Shown: positions 1-13,891 of the stretch, piece by piece
How positions within the stretch are numbered: the stretch's first letter is position 1
Layout: every line of letters begins with the position of its first letter
Source: the human T2T-CHM13v2.0 reference genome, Homo sapiens
NCBI RefSeq assembly: GCF_009914755.1
Contig: NC_060926.1
Reading direction: 5' to 3' (one strand)
DNA length: 64,000 nucleotides
Notes under the pieces: generated by a model
The model's input: only the letters and a program-made list of their open reading frames with translations
What the model was told of the DNA's origin: nothing
The model's database searches: none
Made by a program: the position numbers and the translations under genes

Positions 1-254
1 TGTCACCCAAATTCTTTTAGGCAACAAAATAGAACTACTTGTTGATTCTCAAATATTGTGTATGTGTCCATGTCAATTTCAGATGTCTTTTTGTTACCAA
101 TAAAATCTAAGTTATTGCTATTATTTATCCAACTACAAATACCACATATTTAGGGGAACTCTTCCTCCCACAATAGAGGTTAAATCTCTAACTGTTTTTA
201 CTAATGTTACTTTATCCTGTCATTATTTTATTGTAGTCTTTGTATGTATATATG

Positions 255-378
255 CATTATACTTCTTGAAAAGTCTTCTGAGGGCAGAGATTGGCCTTTT
301 TATTTTTGTATCTAGTACCTTTCTAAGTGTTTTTGCATCAGTTTTCTACTCAGAAAATATGCATTGAATTGAGCGAAA
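255..378 (+). mobile_element. L2 LINE 3' end relic
   Basis: ctgagggcagagattggcc...tttgtatctagtacct...ctcagaaaatatgcattgaattgagcgaa resembles the L2 3' terminus. Confidence 0.55.
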
Positions 379-3134
379 TACCTAATGTAATTCGCTTATC
401 AAAATTTGGCAACATGTAATTCATTAAATATACATGTTTCATGTATGTACCAACCATCAAATTTAATAATTATGAATATCCCCCAGATATTGCTATTCTG
501 TTGCAGAAAAGAGTCAAATAACAGTTATGTTAGAAAAAGGTTAAATATATATGTTTTTTGTAGAAATGTCAGAGGAAGTCCTCAATGAGCAACTCTTCAA
601 TATAAGCTGGAAAATATAGCAATTGCACTTTTTACTTTTATGTAAAGAAAGTCTATATTTATAGATCAGCTGGCTATACTTTCATAGAAATCTTTTAAAA
701 TATTTGCATACCTTGAGGATTAAAGATGACTCCTTTATAAAAGATCATTAAGAAGTTATATTATAATTAAAATTTTATTTACTGTATGATCAAAGTTGTT
801 TTGTGACTTTTCCTTGTCTTCCGAATCACAATAAATAGGTATTTATCTCCTTGCTTTTAGTCAAATGATTGTAAATGGGCATTGAGGGAATATTTTTCTT
901 CAGATTTGTTGACTGAATTTTTGTAAGGCCAAGCCATTCTTACCTCTTTAATATTCTTAGTAATTACTCCACACAGTGCTATGATTGCTCATTCTGTTCT
1001 TCATTTACAGTAAGGACACACAATGATTAATTACCTCTGATTCTGTTGGCCAGGTTTCATTACCCATACAAAATATATTAGTAGTCTTGGAGAATGGGTA
1101 TTTTTAAGGGCTTTTCATCAAAATTTCCTGTTGTGCATCCTCGGTATGACCATCTTTCTGTGGTCCTCTTCATTGAATGGAAAGAAGGCTCAGCCTCTGT
1201 TGACATTTCCATCATGTCTTGACTGTGCAGCATTATCTTAACTTTTATCATCAAATTTTGAATTTTCTCAAAAACTTTCATAGGTGTTATGCTAATCATT
1301 TTATTCTCAGCACACTCAAGAAGGGAAATGAAAGTGAATGTAACTGTGCCTATTTACATATGAGAAAACTGAAACCCAGAAAGGTTACATGAGTTAAGTT
1401 TAATGGCCAAAACCAGTTCTGCTGAGAACTAGCTCATTTCTATTTTTATAAAGTTATGCTGCTGTCATTGATTGATTATAATCTTCCTGGACAAAAATGT
1501 TTTCCATGTAATTGTTTTTATGCTATCTCAGAGGGATTTTGGTAAACAAAACTTATTTTACCAATTTTGAGAAATGCAGAAGAAAATAATGTTATTTAAG
1601 CTTGTATAGTTTCTATGTCATGTGTTTTTTTTCTCTTAAGGGCTAGAATCAGTGTAATGTACTAAGATATTAGTAATTCTTTTTATTAGTAGTATTTATC
1701 ACGTTTCAGTAGAACCTTCAATGAAACATATGTATCAAAAATGGCACCAAGAATGTTGAAGAACTAGTGAAAAAGAAAACCTGATAGCATAATCTACGTG
1801 TGCAAATTTTCCTTCATTGGTCCCATTAACCAACTTGTAATAAACTTTAAATAAACTGTTTATTTTTAGCTAAATGAAAGCTATCTTCCATACTTTGAAA
1901 GGAGCAAAAGTTACATGTGATATTCAAACCCACTTCATGGTATTGTGACATACCTGAGTACATATATATATGTTTTAAAGACTTTTATGATGTATTTTAG
2001 TTCTAAAATTCTGATAATTTTAAAGACTGATGAGAAAAACCAAATATATGAGAATATAATCCAAATAGTTATGAATTTTGAGTTTAGCATTTTGTCATAT
2101 ATCTCAGAACTTAACAGAAACAAAGTTCTATTTTGGGACATATATTGGTGAATAGAGTACCTCATTTTAGTTTTATACCATATAAACCACTTTCTACCTA
2201 TAAGAGAAACCTTGCTACAAGATACAACCACAGGGAGATTAAAGGAGGTGTTGCTTCCTAATAGTGAAGAGTAAGTAGCTAATAGATATGTGGGTAGAAT
2301 ATTTAATCTCATGAATTTTGTTACTCTCTCATGAAGAGAGTTTAACAAATTAGATTTAACTTTTATATGTAACATTTTGTCAGGTAAACCTCATCTGAGG
2401 TTGATGATGTTTCATAAGCAATCCCCATCCAGAGAACAGGTTGGAATTTAGTGTTACTGCTGTATTTTTTAAACTCTCTCATCACCTTTACATTGTGTTG
2501 AAATGATCTTTATACATAATTTTGTCTCTTTATAGGTATTTCATAGGATAGACAATAGCAATATCATCACAGATGTTTCTTCATGGGGAGAGACAGCCGT
2601 GTTCACCTACAAGTAGTATGTACCGTGAAAAACTTAATTCAAACAGATGCTATCTAATTAAAACATTATAAGATGCATCGCTTCCCCTTCCCAACCCTAT
2701 ACAGAAACACATCTCAGAGATCAATAGAAACAAAGTTCTAAATTAGCTGCAGGTTTTATGTTCATCTTTACTCATAAGTCAATATATTTATATATTATAT
2801 AAAAGGTATTTCTTTATTACAAATTTTAAAGATAGAGAATTTATGTATTTCTTTTCATAGCGATCTTCTTCTGCTTTTCCAAATCTTCATTTGAACCAAA
2901 ATTCTGACCTCTTTAAGTTCAATACTTTTGGATGATTTTCTGTTGGGAACAACAAGGCTACTGGATACTGCTTATCAGGAAGCCTGATTCCCTCCCTCTC
3001 ACACAATCCCCATAATGGTCTTTTTTGCCTACATTTTGATTGGCTACTTATTGGCTTTCCAGGAAAATTTCCTATTATCTCATTAAGGCATACATACATT
3101 GCTTACATCTATTTGAATGATTCTAATCACTTGC

Positions 3135-3444
3135 CTATTTACAAATTTTGATTTTTTTTTCACTTTTCTATTGTTATTCATTCACTTGTGTGCATTGTCT
3201 CAGACCTCCAGCAGTACCATCTTGCTAGAAGTGAGAGAGTGCTTACCCTCATCTTGTCCCTGACTGTAGAGGAAAATATTTCAATTTTTCACAGTTGAGT
3301 ATGATCGTAACTGTAAACTTGTGATATGTGGTCTTTATTGTGTTCAGATACATTCTCTCTATATCTAATTTGTTGGGTTTTTATTATGAAAGGATGTTGA
3401 ATTTTTTCAATACTTTCTCTGCATCTATTGACATGAGCATATGA
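3135..3444 (-). mobile_element. L1M ORF2 fragment, inverted 5' segment of the adjacent L1MA element
   Basis: Antisense ORF2 sequence (tctgcatctattgacatgagcatatg; the ORF track shows the remnant HMLMSIDAEKVLKK, cf. HMIISIDAEKAFDK). Confidence 0.85.
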
Positions 3445-4585
3445 CCTGAAACTGTGAAACTCCTAGAAGAAAATGTAAAAAAAAAAAAAAAAATCTCCTT
3501 GACACTAGTCTTGACAATGATTATTTTGAATATCACACAAAAAGCATAGGTAATAAAAACCAAAATAAACAAGTGGAACTATACCAAACTAAAAAGCTTC
3601 TGCACAGCAAGGGATACAATTCACAAAAAGAAAATGCAAAACATGAAATGGGAGAAAATATTTGCAAAACATATAGCTGATAAGGAGTTAATATCCAAAA
3701 TATATTAAGAACTCACTCACTTAACAATAAGAGACTTACATTGAATAGACATTTTTCCAGAGAAGACATGACAATTGCTAGTGAATGTATGAAAAGATTC
3801 TCAACAATATGAATCATCAGAGAAATGCAAATTAAAGCCACAAGGAGATATCTCTTCATATCTGCTAAGATGACTATTATCAAAAAGTCAAAAAATAACA
3901 AGTATTCATGAGGGTTTGAAGAAAAGAGAACTCTTGTACACTGTTGGTGGGAATGTACTTTGGGATAGCTATTGTGGAAAAGAGTATGGAGTTTCCCCAA
4001 ATGTTAAAAATAGAACTACCATATGATCCAGCAATTCCACTTCTGGGTATATGTCTAAAGGAAATAAAATCAGTATCTTGAAGAGAGAGCTATGCATCCA
4101 GGTTTATTGCAGAATTTTAAAAATAGCTAAGACATGAAAGCAACCTGAGTGTCTGTTGATGGCCGAATGAATAGAATAAGTAGTATACATATAAAAATGC
4201 ACACAAATACACACACACACACACGCGGCTGAATGTTATTCAGCCATAAAACAACAACAACAAGGAAATCCTGCTATTTGCGAGAACTTGGATGAACCTG
4301 GAAGATATTTTGCTAATTGAAATAAGCCAGACACAGAAATACAAATACTGTATGATCTCACTTGTGTGTAGAATCTAAAGCATATGATCAGAGAGGAGAA
4401 CAGTGGTTGCCAGGAGCTAGGGGAATGGGGAAGATGGGGGGATGCTGGTCAAGGGTACAAAACTTACAGTTATAAGATGAATAAGTTCTAGAGGTCTAAT
4501 GGACAGCATGATCACTGTAGTTAATAATACTGTATTGCTTACTTGAAATTGAATTAAAGATCAGATTTTAAATGCCTTACCTCAC
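3445..4585 (+). mobile_element. L1MA (L1MA8-10-like) ORF2 end plus 3'UTR
   Basis: cctgaaactgtgaaactcctagaagaa...aaaagcttctgcacagcaa...tagaactaccatatgatccagcaattccacttctgggtat...gttataagatgaataagttctagaggtctaatg. Confidence 0.9.
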
Positions 4586-4624
4586 TTCCAGTGTGCACAC
4601 ACACACATACACATTGATTTATCT

Positions 4625-5510
4625 TCATCCACACCTATGGTCTCCTACTGAGTTCTCTCTAAGTACATCACTGAGGAAGAAAATATCTGCATGATATTCT
4701 GACACATATGAAAGGGTATTGTTTTATTATTTCCATGGCAATTTGAGATGATACTGAAAGATGGTAAAAGGAAATTCTTGAACTGGGTAGATATTTTCTA
4801 CTACATCTTGGCTACTTTGCTTAGATGAAGAGATGGCCAGAGGTGCAAGTCTGTATTAAATTTGGGGCAGTGGCTCATGGTTTGGGGAGGTAGACAAAAT
4901 ATGGGAAGAATGTGATTAGAATATGCCAAAGAAGTTTAAAGAAGAGACACATGAATGTATCTTTCACAATGAGTATAAAGTATAGAATACCAGTGTCCCA
5001 TGTATCTTGTCTGTAGACAGTGCTCATTGCTGAGAAGGGGCTCAGAATTCTTCCTTGAGCTAAGCAAGATGGGCTTCTCCTGACTGGGGCTAATTTATTT
5101 CCTGCCACTGCTTTGTGTCCAACCAACCAACAACAGGAAAATACTATGAGTCCTCAGTGTATAACTATTCTTAGTAAGGACTAGCCAAGCACTTGAAAGC
5201 AGCTTGTCATATCAAGACTTTTTCAATCAGGAAGGAAGGAGAAGGTTGTTCTGACTCGTATAGATACTAATTCTTGCTATGGATTTGCCTCTTCTCCTAC
5301 AGACACTTCTGCCAACAGTGCTACTTGGGGACCTAGGGAATGCTGTAAAATATACTCAATGAATGATATCCTTCACATCTTTTTTCTGGACAAATAGTTG
5401 ACTTTCAAAAAAATAGCTGTAGCCATAGGCTTATTGCTACAAAACATAGTGTTCTAATCAAGTAATTCATTACCCAGAAGCAGTTGGTCTTACCAAATGT
5501 TCAAAAGGTC
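4625..5510 (+). mobile_element. ERVL-class internal pol fossil (RNase H to integrase)
   Basis: Degenerate peptides WPEVQVCIKFGAVAHGL (4834; cf. WPDVRLYTDSWAVANGL), ATALCPTNQQQ (5104; cf. ATAECPICQQQ), VLTRIDTNSCYGFA (5248; cf. VLTGIDTYSGYGFA) and HYPEAVGL (5468), in collinear order. Confidence 0.85.
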
Positions 5511-6255
5511 AGTCAGAGCCCTTCTTATATTTTGTTTTCAATTCCCCATTACCTCCAACACTATTATCAATATTAAGACAACCAAACAAGTTGTTGTTTT
5601 CACTAAAATTCCTGCAGTACATTTAACTGTAAACCTCTTGGAGAATCAGTCAAGGCATACATAATTAAAATATCTTGTATTTTCTTTGATATATCCAAAT
5701 ACATTCTTATTTGTATTTGTAGTATATTTTACTAAAAACAATACAATTTTCTGGGAATTATGGGTTTTGTAGGTTAATCAGTGTGGTGGAAGGATGAATT
5801 TATACAATATCAAGAGGTTGAAACAAAGACACTAACAAGTGAATAATTACCAAGCTTGAATCAAAACCCTACTAATGTTTCAGACCATGGACACCTAAAG
5901 ACAGTTAATTATAGATTTATTAACAAGTGTTCTTCACTTTTATGTGATAAATTAAAAGCAGCATGTTAGCAGACCTTGTCTTAAAAATCATTGTGCAAAA
6001 ACTTCTTCAGAATATATGGAGAGTGAATATAAAATAATCTCATCCAAAGTAAGTGGGTTTCCTCCCACAAAAGATTTAAAAACTTAATTTTAGACTTAAA
6101 ACTACTTAAATGAAAGAGAATGCTATAAGCAGAAGTTAAAATTCTTAATAATTTCTACCCTTCACAGCAATGAAAACCATTGATTACTAAATACTCTGCT
6201 TACAGCAACTAGCTATATAAAATGACTACATTTCAGGAGTCAGGGTCCTGATGCT

Positions 6256-6298
6256 TTAATCAGTGTTTGATTACTCTTAATCAGTGTTTGAATTACTC
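6256..6298. repeat. 21-bp tandem duplication (ttaatcagtgtttgattactc x2)
   Basis: Direct inspection; one 1-nt indel between copies. Confidence 0.9.
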
Positions 6299-7239
6299 CC
6301 AAGGTAGTGTGCCTGTGTCAGTAAGATAGATTATATGATCAGCAGCTGCTTTACCAAGGTAGAGAAATTGAAAATCTGGGATTCTAGGCATCAGGATATG
6401 AATATTTGGAGACACCTTAGTACTTCAAGTTGCTGATTTAAAAAATCTTAGGTGAAAAATTTAAAGTATTATGTCTACTTCATCCAAATGTGGGCTTTGG
6501 TACCAAGCAACAGAAGTTGAAGGGTCCAAAGACTGACATCCCAACTAGTTAAGCCAAATGCATCACTGGTGTGCAAAACATTTTTTGTGGAAGAATTTCC
6601 AAATAATAGGACATTGACTTTAGTGGCCATAGCTCATGATTTCCTACAAAATATACATCACCATTCATGTGTTGTACAATAACTCCTGTATGTGACACAA
6701 CCTCCTTTAAATTGCACTATCCTTTGCCTTAAATTGCTGAAAGTCAATGCAGCTGTCTGAATCACAGTGGTAGTAAGTCTACCACCTGTTCAATTTCTAG
6801 GCTATGCTGAAAATAAATGGTAATCCATTCATGTTATACTTTCTACAAAGGATTTTCATAGAAGTGCTTGATTTCTGAGTTAGTGTAAAGGTTTCTTATG
6901 AGGAAGAATACAATCCAAAGCACTCTATCTCTAGCTTTGTTATTTTATTATGCAAAATGAGAATGATTTTTAACTCATCTATTTAACATACATGAACTTA
7001 ATTAGATACTTGCCTAGTAATATAAAGTCAAGGGTAATTTTCAAATGGCACCTTATTTTGCTGCTTCTTAGTACTGACATCTGCTTTGGGTTCACTTAGA
7101 TCTATTTTTCCATGCACTATATAAAAATAATTAAAGTTAGGTTCTATGCCCTCCTTGTAGTTTATCTTCTCAACTAAGATGTTCTTTATCCCCCATTATA
7201 AACCTGAGAAAATAGGCTATTGAAAATCTCATAATTTTC

Positions 7240-7554
<315 letters not shown>

Positions 7555-8099
7555 GAAAATCTCACAATTTTCTAATTGGGAGGAGTAGACTTTTACTTTA
7601 GGGATAATAGTACTGTCAAAATCATTAACATAAGTAAGATCAGTTATTCACTATCTTTCTTTCCTCCTAACTCTTCCAATTTAGTTGAATTCCCTTGACT
7701 TCTATTCTATCTTGCTTTAAAAATGGTGGCAAAATTGCAGACTGTTTCTAGTAACAATAAGGAGTGAGGTACTTGGTTCTGGCTTTATTGCTTCTTGATT
7801 TGTCATATTGGTCAAATTACCAAAATATGATTGATGGGCAATTTTTATTCTCTGTTAGATATGAAATAGTATTCATGTTCCCCTCTTTCAGGGATATAAT
7901 GGAAATGCAAGTGTTCATATTATGCAAAAAAATAAGTCACTATATTTTCAGCATTGTATATTGAGAAAATGACTTTTGAAGAGTCTTATTTCCCAAATTT
8001 ATCTACAAGCAAGCAACTCTCTCAGATCTAATTTTAATTAAAAAGTTTCCTGAATAGATCCTGGGATTATGAGACAATAAATCACTTTATTGTTAATAT

Positions 8100-8496
8100 T
8101 ACTGTGGACTGAATTCTGTCCCCTCCGACTTTGTAAGTTGAAACCCTTATCCCTAATGTGGTGGTATTTGGAGATAGGGCCTTTGGAAAGGTCATTAAGG
8201 TAAAACGTGATCATAAAGATGGGACCCAAATTCAACATGATTCGTGTTGTTATAAGAAGAGGAGAGATTCCAGAAACCTTTCTTGCTCCACTAGCGCACA
8301 TAGAAAAGGCCATGTGAGGACATTGTAAGAAGGTGGCCATATGCAAACCAGAAAGAGAGCCTTCACTAGTTGCCAACCCTGATGGCACGTTAATCTGCGA
8401 CTGCTAGCTTCCAAAGTTGTGAGAAAGGAAATTTCTGTTGGTTACGCAACTCAGTCTGTTGGTATTTTTTCATGGCACCCTGAACAGACTAATAGA
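8100..8496 (+). mobile_element. MLT1A-type MaLR solo LTR
   Basis: tactgtggactgaatt...gtatttggagatagggcctttgg...ggccatgtgaggaca...tgtgagaaaggaaatttctgttg...gaacagactaataga. Confidence 0.9.
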
Positions 8497-9039
8497 AGAA
8501 TAAAATATTTAAATTCATGAAGAAATTGACAAAACAGAACAAACTCAACAGTCACATAAAATACATCTAAAGTTTTATTAAGTGATAGGATGATATACAA
8601 CATTTATAGTTTATTCATCTATAATTTTATTTTATTAATATTTTAACACATATTACACAATGGTTTGCATGAATATCTGGAAATCCAGGAGCTTGTATGG
8701 CAGATAATTTAGCCACATCACAGAATCATCTTTTTTTAAAAAAGAGAGACTTAGACAATTCCATTTTGCTACCTACTACTCAAGGCAAATGGATATAAAT
8801 AACTTTGGCATCATTAATTTCTTTCTGCTTTTATATAGAACATTTTTCTGTTGAGCTACATTTTATCAGAAAAAAGCATTATTTCTTTAATATGCAATTA
8901 GCACTGTTTTTTTAAACCATATTTTTGTTCTCTTTAAATTCCCCGCTGTTGCCTTAAAGGTTAACAATATCTCAGATTTTTGCTTTAGTGATGACCAAAC
9001 ATAACTGACATAGCCTGCATTTGATACCATGTACTCTCT

Positions 9040-9147
9040 CTATATATGAATATGTATATGAATTTATAATATGGATATAGATAAAATATGAATATATAAA
9101 AATATGAATATTTGAATATATATAAATATATATGAATATATATATAG
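9040..9147. repeat. AT-rich low-complexity tract, degenerate (ATATGA)n/(TA)n
   Basis: Repeated atatgaatat units. Confidence 0.85.
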
Positions 9148-9806
9148 TGAATTGCAACCACCACCCAGCTTCTGCACATTTCATTTACCAATAACTTTTA
9201 AAGAATGAAATAATGCATTGAGACTGAACTTACTCACATTTGAATTTAAATATCAAAACAAATACTTTGCAAAATAGAATAATTAGAAAGCAACACTTTT
9301 TCCTCAGGTGATGTTGCATTGTTTCAAATAATTTGTGGGCTTACTTTTAGAGTTGTTTTCAGAGACAATATACTAGTCGTACATAAATATTTATCTCATT
9401 TATTTTTCTTCCTTTCTTGTTTTTTTTTTCAATATGTTTATTTTACCTTCCCTTCATTTTTGTTTTCTATTGACATTGACTTTAATTGAAAAAAAGATGG
9501 AAAATATCAGATTATAGAAAGAGTAATTTTGATGTCATCTTGAGGCTGGGCATCCAGTGAAATCCTGATAATGGAATATATTAAGAAGTAGACAAACATG
9601 AGTTTCTATCTTAGCTCTTGTCTGGAATACAGATTGTAGCCATTAGTAAATCAGATCAGGCAATCTAACCTATTTGCTAAAGAAAGCAAGCATTCCTCTT
9701 ATACCAAAAAATTGAAATGGAAACTTAGATGAGTCATAATAATTTGGCAAAAGGAAGAATTGGGAAGAGAATTTCTCTTATCTCAAACAGATATTGAATC
9801 TCCATT

Positions 9807-10529
9807 TGCAATAGGTTCTAACACTAACTACAAGGAGTTAGACTAAACTTCACAGTTAAGGACATAGTCCTACACGTGCTTGCCCTTACTTTAGATAGCA
9901 CCCACAAGTTTGGATGTCTCTAGTCCATTCTCACTTCTCACAAGCTAGCTACAGATTCGGGATGTTTCACTATTCCCTCAGATTTGACAAAATGTAGGAA
10001 AGTACTCTACTTATGATCACAGTATTATTAGAACAAAATGATACAAATAAAAACAGGCCAAAGGGATAGACACATAAGGTAAGGTCTGGCAACATCCCCA
10101 AAATGATCCTTCCATAATTCACAGGGTCATATTACCCTCCTGGCACATAAACTTACAACAATATGCCGAGAATTGCCAACCAGGGGAGCCTATCCAAGGT
10201 TCTTTGTCCAGAGATTTTATTGCAGCTTTGATATGTAGTCATGATTAAATCATTCACCATGTGGTTCTACTTAATTTTCAGCCTCCTTCCCCTTCTGAAA
10301 GGTAGGCTGATATCATGAAGCTGAAAGCCCCAGCCTTCCATTCCCATGAATGGTCTTTCTGGGTAACCAACCTCCATTCAGTGTCAGCTTGTTAGCATAA
10401 ACTATCAGGTGTGGTCCTAGGGATCCACCATGAGTAACAAAAGATACTGCTACCACTTGAAAAATTCCAAAGATTTAGAGGTTATCACCCAGGAATGGGA
10501 AATAAAGCTCAGCAAAATTGTTTATTACA
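9807..10529 (-). mobile_element. MER21-family (ERVL) solo LTR
   Basis: Antisense MER21 motifs: attgccaaccaggggagcc, ttgttagcataaactatcaggtgtggtcc, aacaaaagatactgctaccacttgaaaaattccaaag. Confidence 0.85.
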
Positions 10530-11698
10530 TGCCATCTCATTGCCTTTTACTGTGGCAGAATTAATTATATTTAATCATTTTTAGTTTTCAGGATAGAATT
10601 AAAAAAATCTTGACACATTTGGCAAACAAACAAAATGAATTAACAATAACAATAATGGTGTTAACAGCTAGTGGAAATAAGTAAATTTACTCAGTGCTTT
10701 TCAGTAAATATGTATAATTCTAATCTTTTAAGTATAATAACTTAATAGAAATCTTTTTTTACAATATTATTTAAGGTAAGATACTAAATACTAAATGCTA
10801 CAGTAAAATACTAAAGTATGAATTTGCCATTATTCTGATTTTAGTTCTGGAAGTTGTTTTATTGTTGTGTCTTCTCTTCTTAGAGTCAATGGATTTTAAA
10901 GTAGAAAAAAATGTTTTTTCCTCTTGAAAACAACAACAGCAGCTATATTTTGGATTATGCAAAATAAGTATTCATCAAGGATTATTCAATTCGATTCATA
11001 CATTCACTATGCTTGGCTCTGATGTGAAGCCTATACACGTGCAAAATGTTTGAAATGTGAGCACTGCTCAATGGCTGTTTCACAACACATGTGAAGAAGT
11101 AGTTAATTTCTATAGACAAATGTTAAAGATTAGAAGCTTAAGTAATTATTATTCTTTATTTTACTAATGCTAGTGAAAAGTTTATCTTTGTCCACTCCCT
11201 GTATCAAATTTGAATAAATCATGTTAAAGCGCCATGGAAATAAAAAGTCTTTCAGTATCCATTGTTACTTATTTTTAAAAAACATTGGGTCCCACAGAAC
11301 TGAGCAATCAAAAATTATTTCTAACTTTTCTCATGTTCTGAGCCATGCATTCTTGGTAAAAGGAATGAAAGCAGTCCCTTTACTTATCATTTACCATATC
11401 TTAAAATTAACTCTGAAACTGAGAGAAGAATGATTCATTCTTTTTAAGGTTATTCCTACTTACTTCAAACCAAATAAAATCTTTTAGACAAGTGATTGAT
11501 TTGCTAAAGTCAATATTTAGTAAACTAAAAGAGCAGATCTTTCAGAATTTATTGTGTCCCAATACAGTAATAATAAGAGCTCTTTATCTCTGTGGCATGA
11601 TAGTTCTATATCAGCTGAATTTCAGTTTAAAAATAAATTATATATTATTTTATGAATATAAAATATATAATCATTACAGAAATCTTGAAGAATTGAAA

Positions 11699-11711
11699 TA
11701 CACACACACAG

Positions 11712-11742
<31 letters not shown>
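11699..11742. repeat. (CA)n microsatellite
   Basis: About 20 CA units with one interruption. Confidence 0.95.
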
Positions 11743-11744
<2 letters not shown>

Positions 11745-11788
11745 TATATAGTATACACTACAAAATATAAACCACCTGTAGAATAACC

Positions 11789-12300
11789 TGTTGGAAAAAC
11801 CAAGTATCTTTCCTAATCATCTTAGGTTTATGGCTGAGGCACCTTTAGCAAAAGACAAATTAACAAGAGAAAACTATACGTATCTATTTAATGTAAGTTT
11901 TACATGACACATGAACGTTTATAAGAAAATGAAGACCTGAAGACGTGGGTAGACATGTATGTTTTTTATGCTAGGTTTGATGATGAACTATGTAGTACTG
12001 GGGAAATATAATTGGATAAAAAACAAAAAACATGTTCAAGGATAATAAATGATAGGAAACCAAGCAAGGCCTGTTTGTTGAAATTCTTCTCTGTTCCTTT
12101 CCTTTGGGTATAGGCAGGGCACTTCCCAAATGAAGGTCTTATGACTTCCTTCAGGAGAATGTCAGAGAATTCTTCCTGGGTTTTATGACCTGCTTCAGGG
12201 AAGAAAGGCAGGGAGAAAGTCAGAGAGAACTTGCTGCTTCTGTGGTTTTCTCAAATGTGAAGGTGCCATATTTTGGGGTAGCATGTCTTGAATCCAATCA
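11789..12300 (-). mobile_element. MER31-family (ERV1) solo LTR
   Basis: Ends in aaggtgccatattttggggtagcatgtcttgaatccaatca (reverse complement of the MER31 5' end); ttttatgacctgcttcagggaagaa; TG...CA termini; flanks aacc/aatc. Confidence 0.85.
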
Positions 12301-12452
12301 AATCAATATTTAAAGTCAGCTCTGTTAAATATTGATGTGTTTCCTTTCTTTTTCCCTCCTAAGGTATATTGACAAGTAGGTATATAAATAGGTAAATTTT
12401 ACTTAATAGATATCTTAGCATAGATGTGCATAAATATTAGCAAATTATGCAC

Positions 12453-12997
12453 TGATATAAGCCAGAATAGTCAACTCCAAAATATGCCTCTTTAGCATGT
12501 GAATTATTTTGAGCTAAAGGCCCTTAGCAACCAGCATACTAGGAAAAGCTCTAAAAACAGAGTACAAATTTTCCTCTTGTATAGAAAATGTACATTTAAA
12601 AAGGAAATGTCCATCCGTAGAGGTGTCTCTCTCCTCCCTACCAGGAAGAGGAAGACACAATTTGTTAGTGGAGAAAGTACTAACTTAAATCTGCATAACA
12701 AACCTTACTAAGCGACCCTTGTTTACAAAGCTTTTTCTAATCACCCGCACATAACATGCCTCCCTGGTCAAGAAGCCCCAAACCCTCTTTCCTTTAACCT
12801 AAAACATTATGTAAGCTTAACTTCTAAAAGATCCTGTCGTTTACTAATCTCTAGGTTCCCCTGAGTTACCCATGCAATGCACATGTTAATACTCTTCTGT
12901 TTGTTTTGTTAATCTGTCTTTGGCCCATCTATTTTGCAGCATTCCAACTGGAGAACTTTAAGTAAGTAGAGGAAGATTTTTTTTTTCCGCTCCTACA
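12453..12997 (+). mobile_element. MER34-family (ERV1) solo LTR
   Basis: ccaaaatatgcctctttagcatgtgaattattttgagctaaaggc; ttaaatctgcataacaaaccttact; ends gtagaggaag...ctcctaca. Confidence 0.85.
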
Positions 12998-13026
12998 GTG
13001 TATGAATGTCTATCTCTCTTTCTCTC

Positions 13027-13027
13027 T

Positions 13028-13073
<46 letters not shown>

Positions 13074-13081
13074 ATGTGTGT
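13027..13081. repeat. (TG)n microsatellite
   Basis: About 19 uninterrupted TG units. Confidence 0.95.
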
Positions 13082-13891
13082 ATAAATCCATATAAATATG
13101 TATAAGTATACTAATTTACTAAATTAGTCTATGCCTCTTTCAATATTTGAATTCTAATTTTGTTTTTTTGAGAAATTTGAACATGAATTATGAAAAAGAA
13201 AAACTGCGGGACTTGATAGTGACAGCCAAGTAATAAACATAGATAACCTTTATTTTTATCCTTGCTATGTGCATGGCTTTGGGGGAATTTACTTCATAAG
13301 CTCTGGGGACAGTCATGGTAATATATCTTCACTGGAAGAGTTTCTGTGGGTATCATGTAAGCCACACATCTTCTATGAAAAACCGTGAACATCTCGTGCT
13401 GATACAATTTATACTTTTATTTATAAATTGAGAATGCAGCTTAAGTCACAACTGCTGAAATATGAAGGGTTTATCTCTAGATTAGTTTAATGTGAATACT
13501 AACTTAAATCTATACTAATACTTGCTTATGTATATGCTTATAATAGTCATACTAGACCCTTAAGATGGGTAGGGCAGATACTCAAATCCTTAGTTTTTAA
13601 AGGCTGAATTGAGATTTTAATTCGAAAGTAAATAAATTTTTAAATGAAATATTTGGAAAAAGTAAACATGGGTTAGCCACATATATTTACATCCCCTTTC
13701 TCCCTAGATTTCATTCAAATGGTAGAAAATAAACAGAAAATATAAATAAGAGTATCCAATTTTGATGAAAAAGGATAAAAGAATCAGAGTAAAAAAGAAT
13801 TCCAAATGAAGAAACATAATGCCAGGCCCAGAAGAAACTTCACAGATAACTGTATTTAATAGCCTAAGGAGGATAAGAATATAGTTTGTAC

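Noticed and set aside
1935-2375. Longest ORF in the window (146 aa, minus strand)
   Set aside because: Composition mirrors the AT-rich background, with no recognisable domain.
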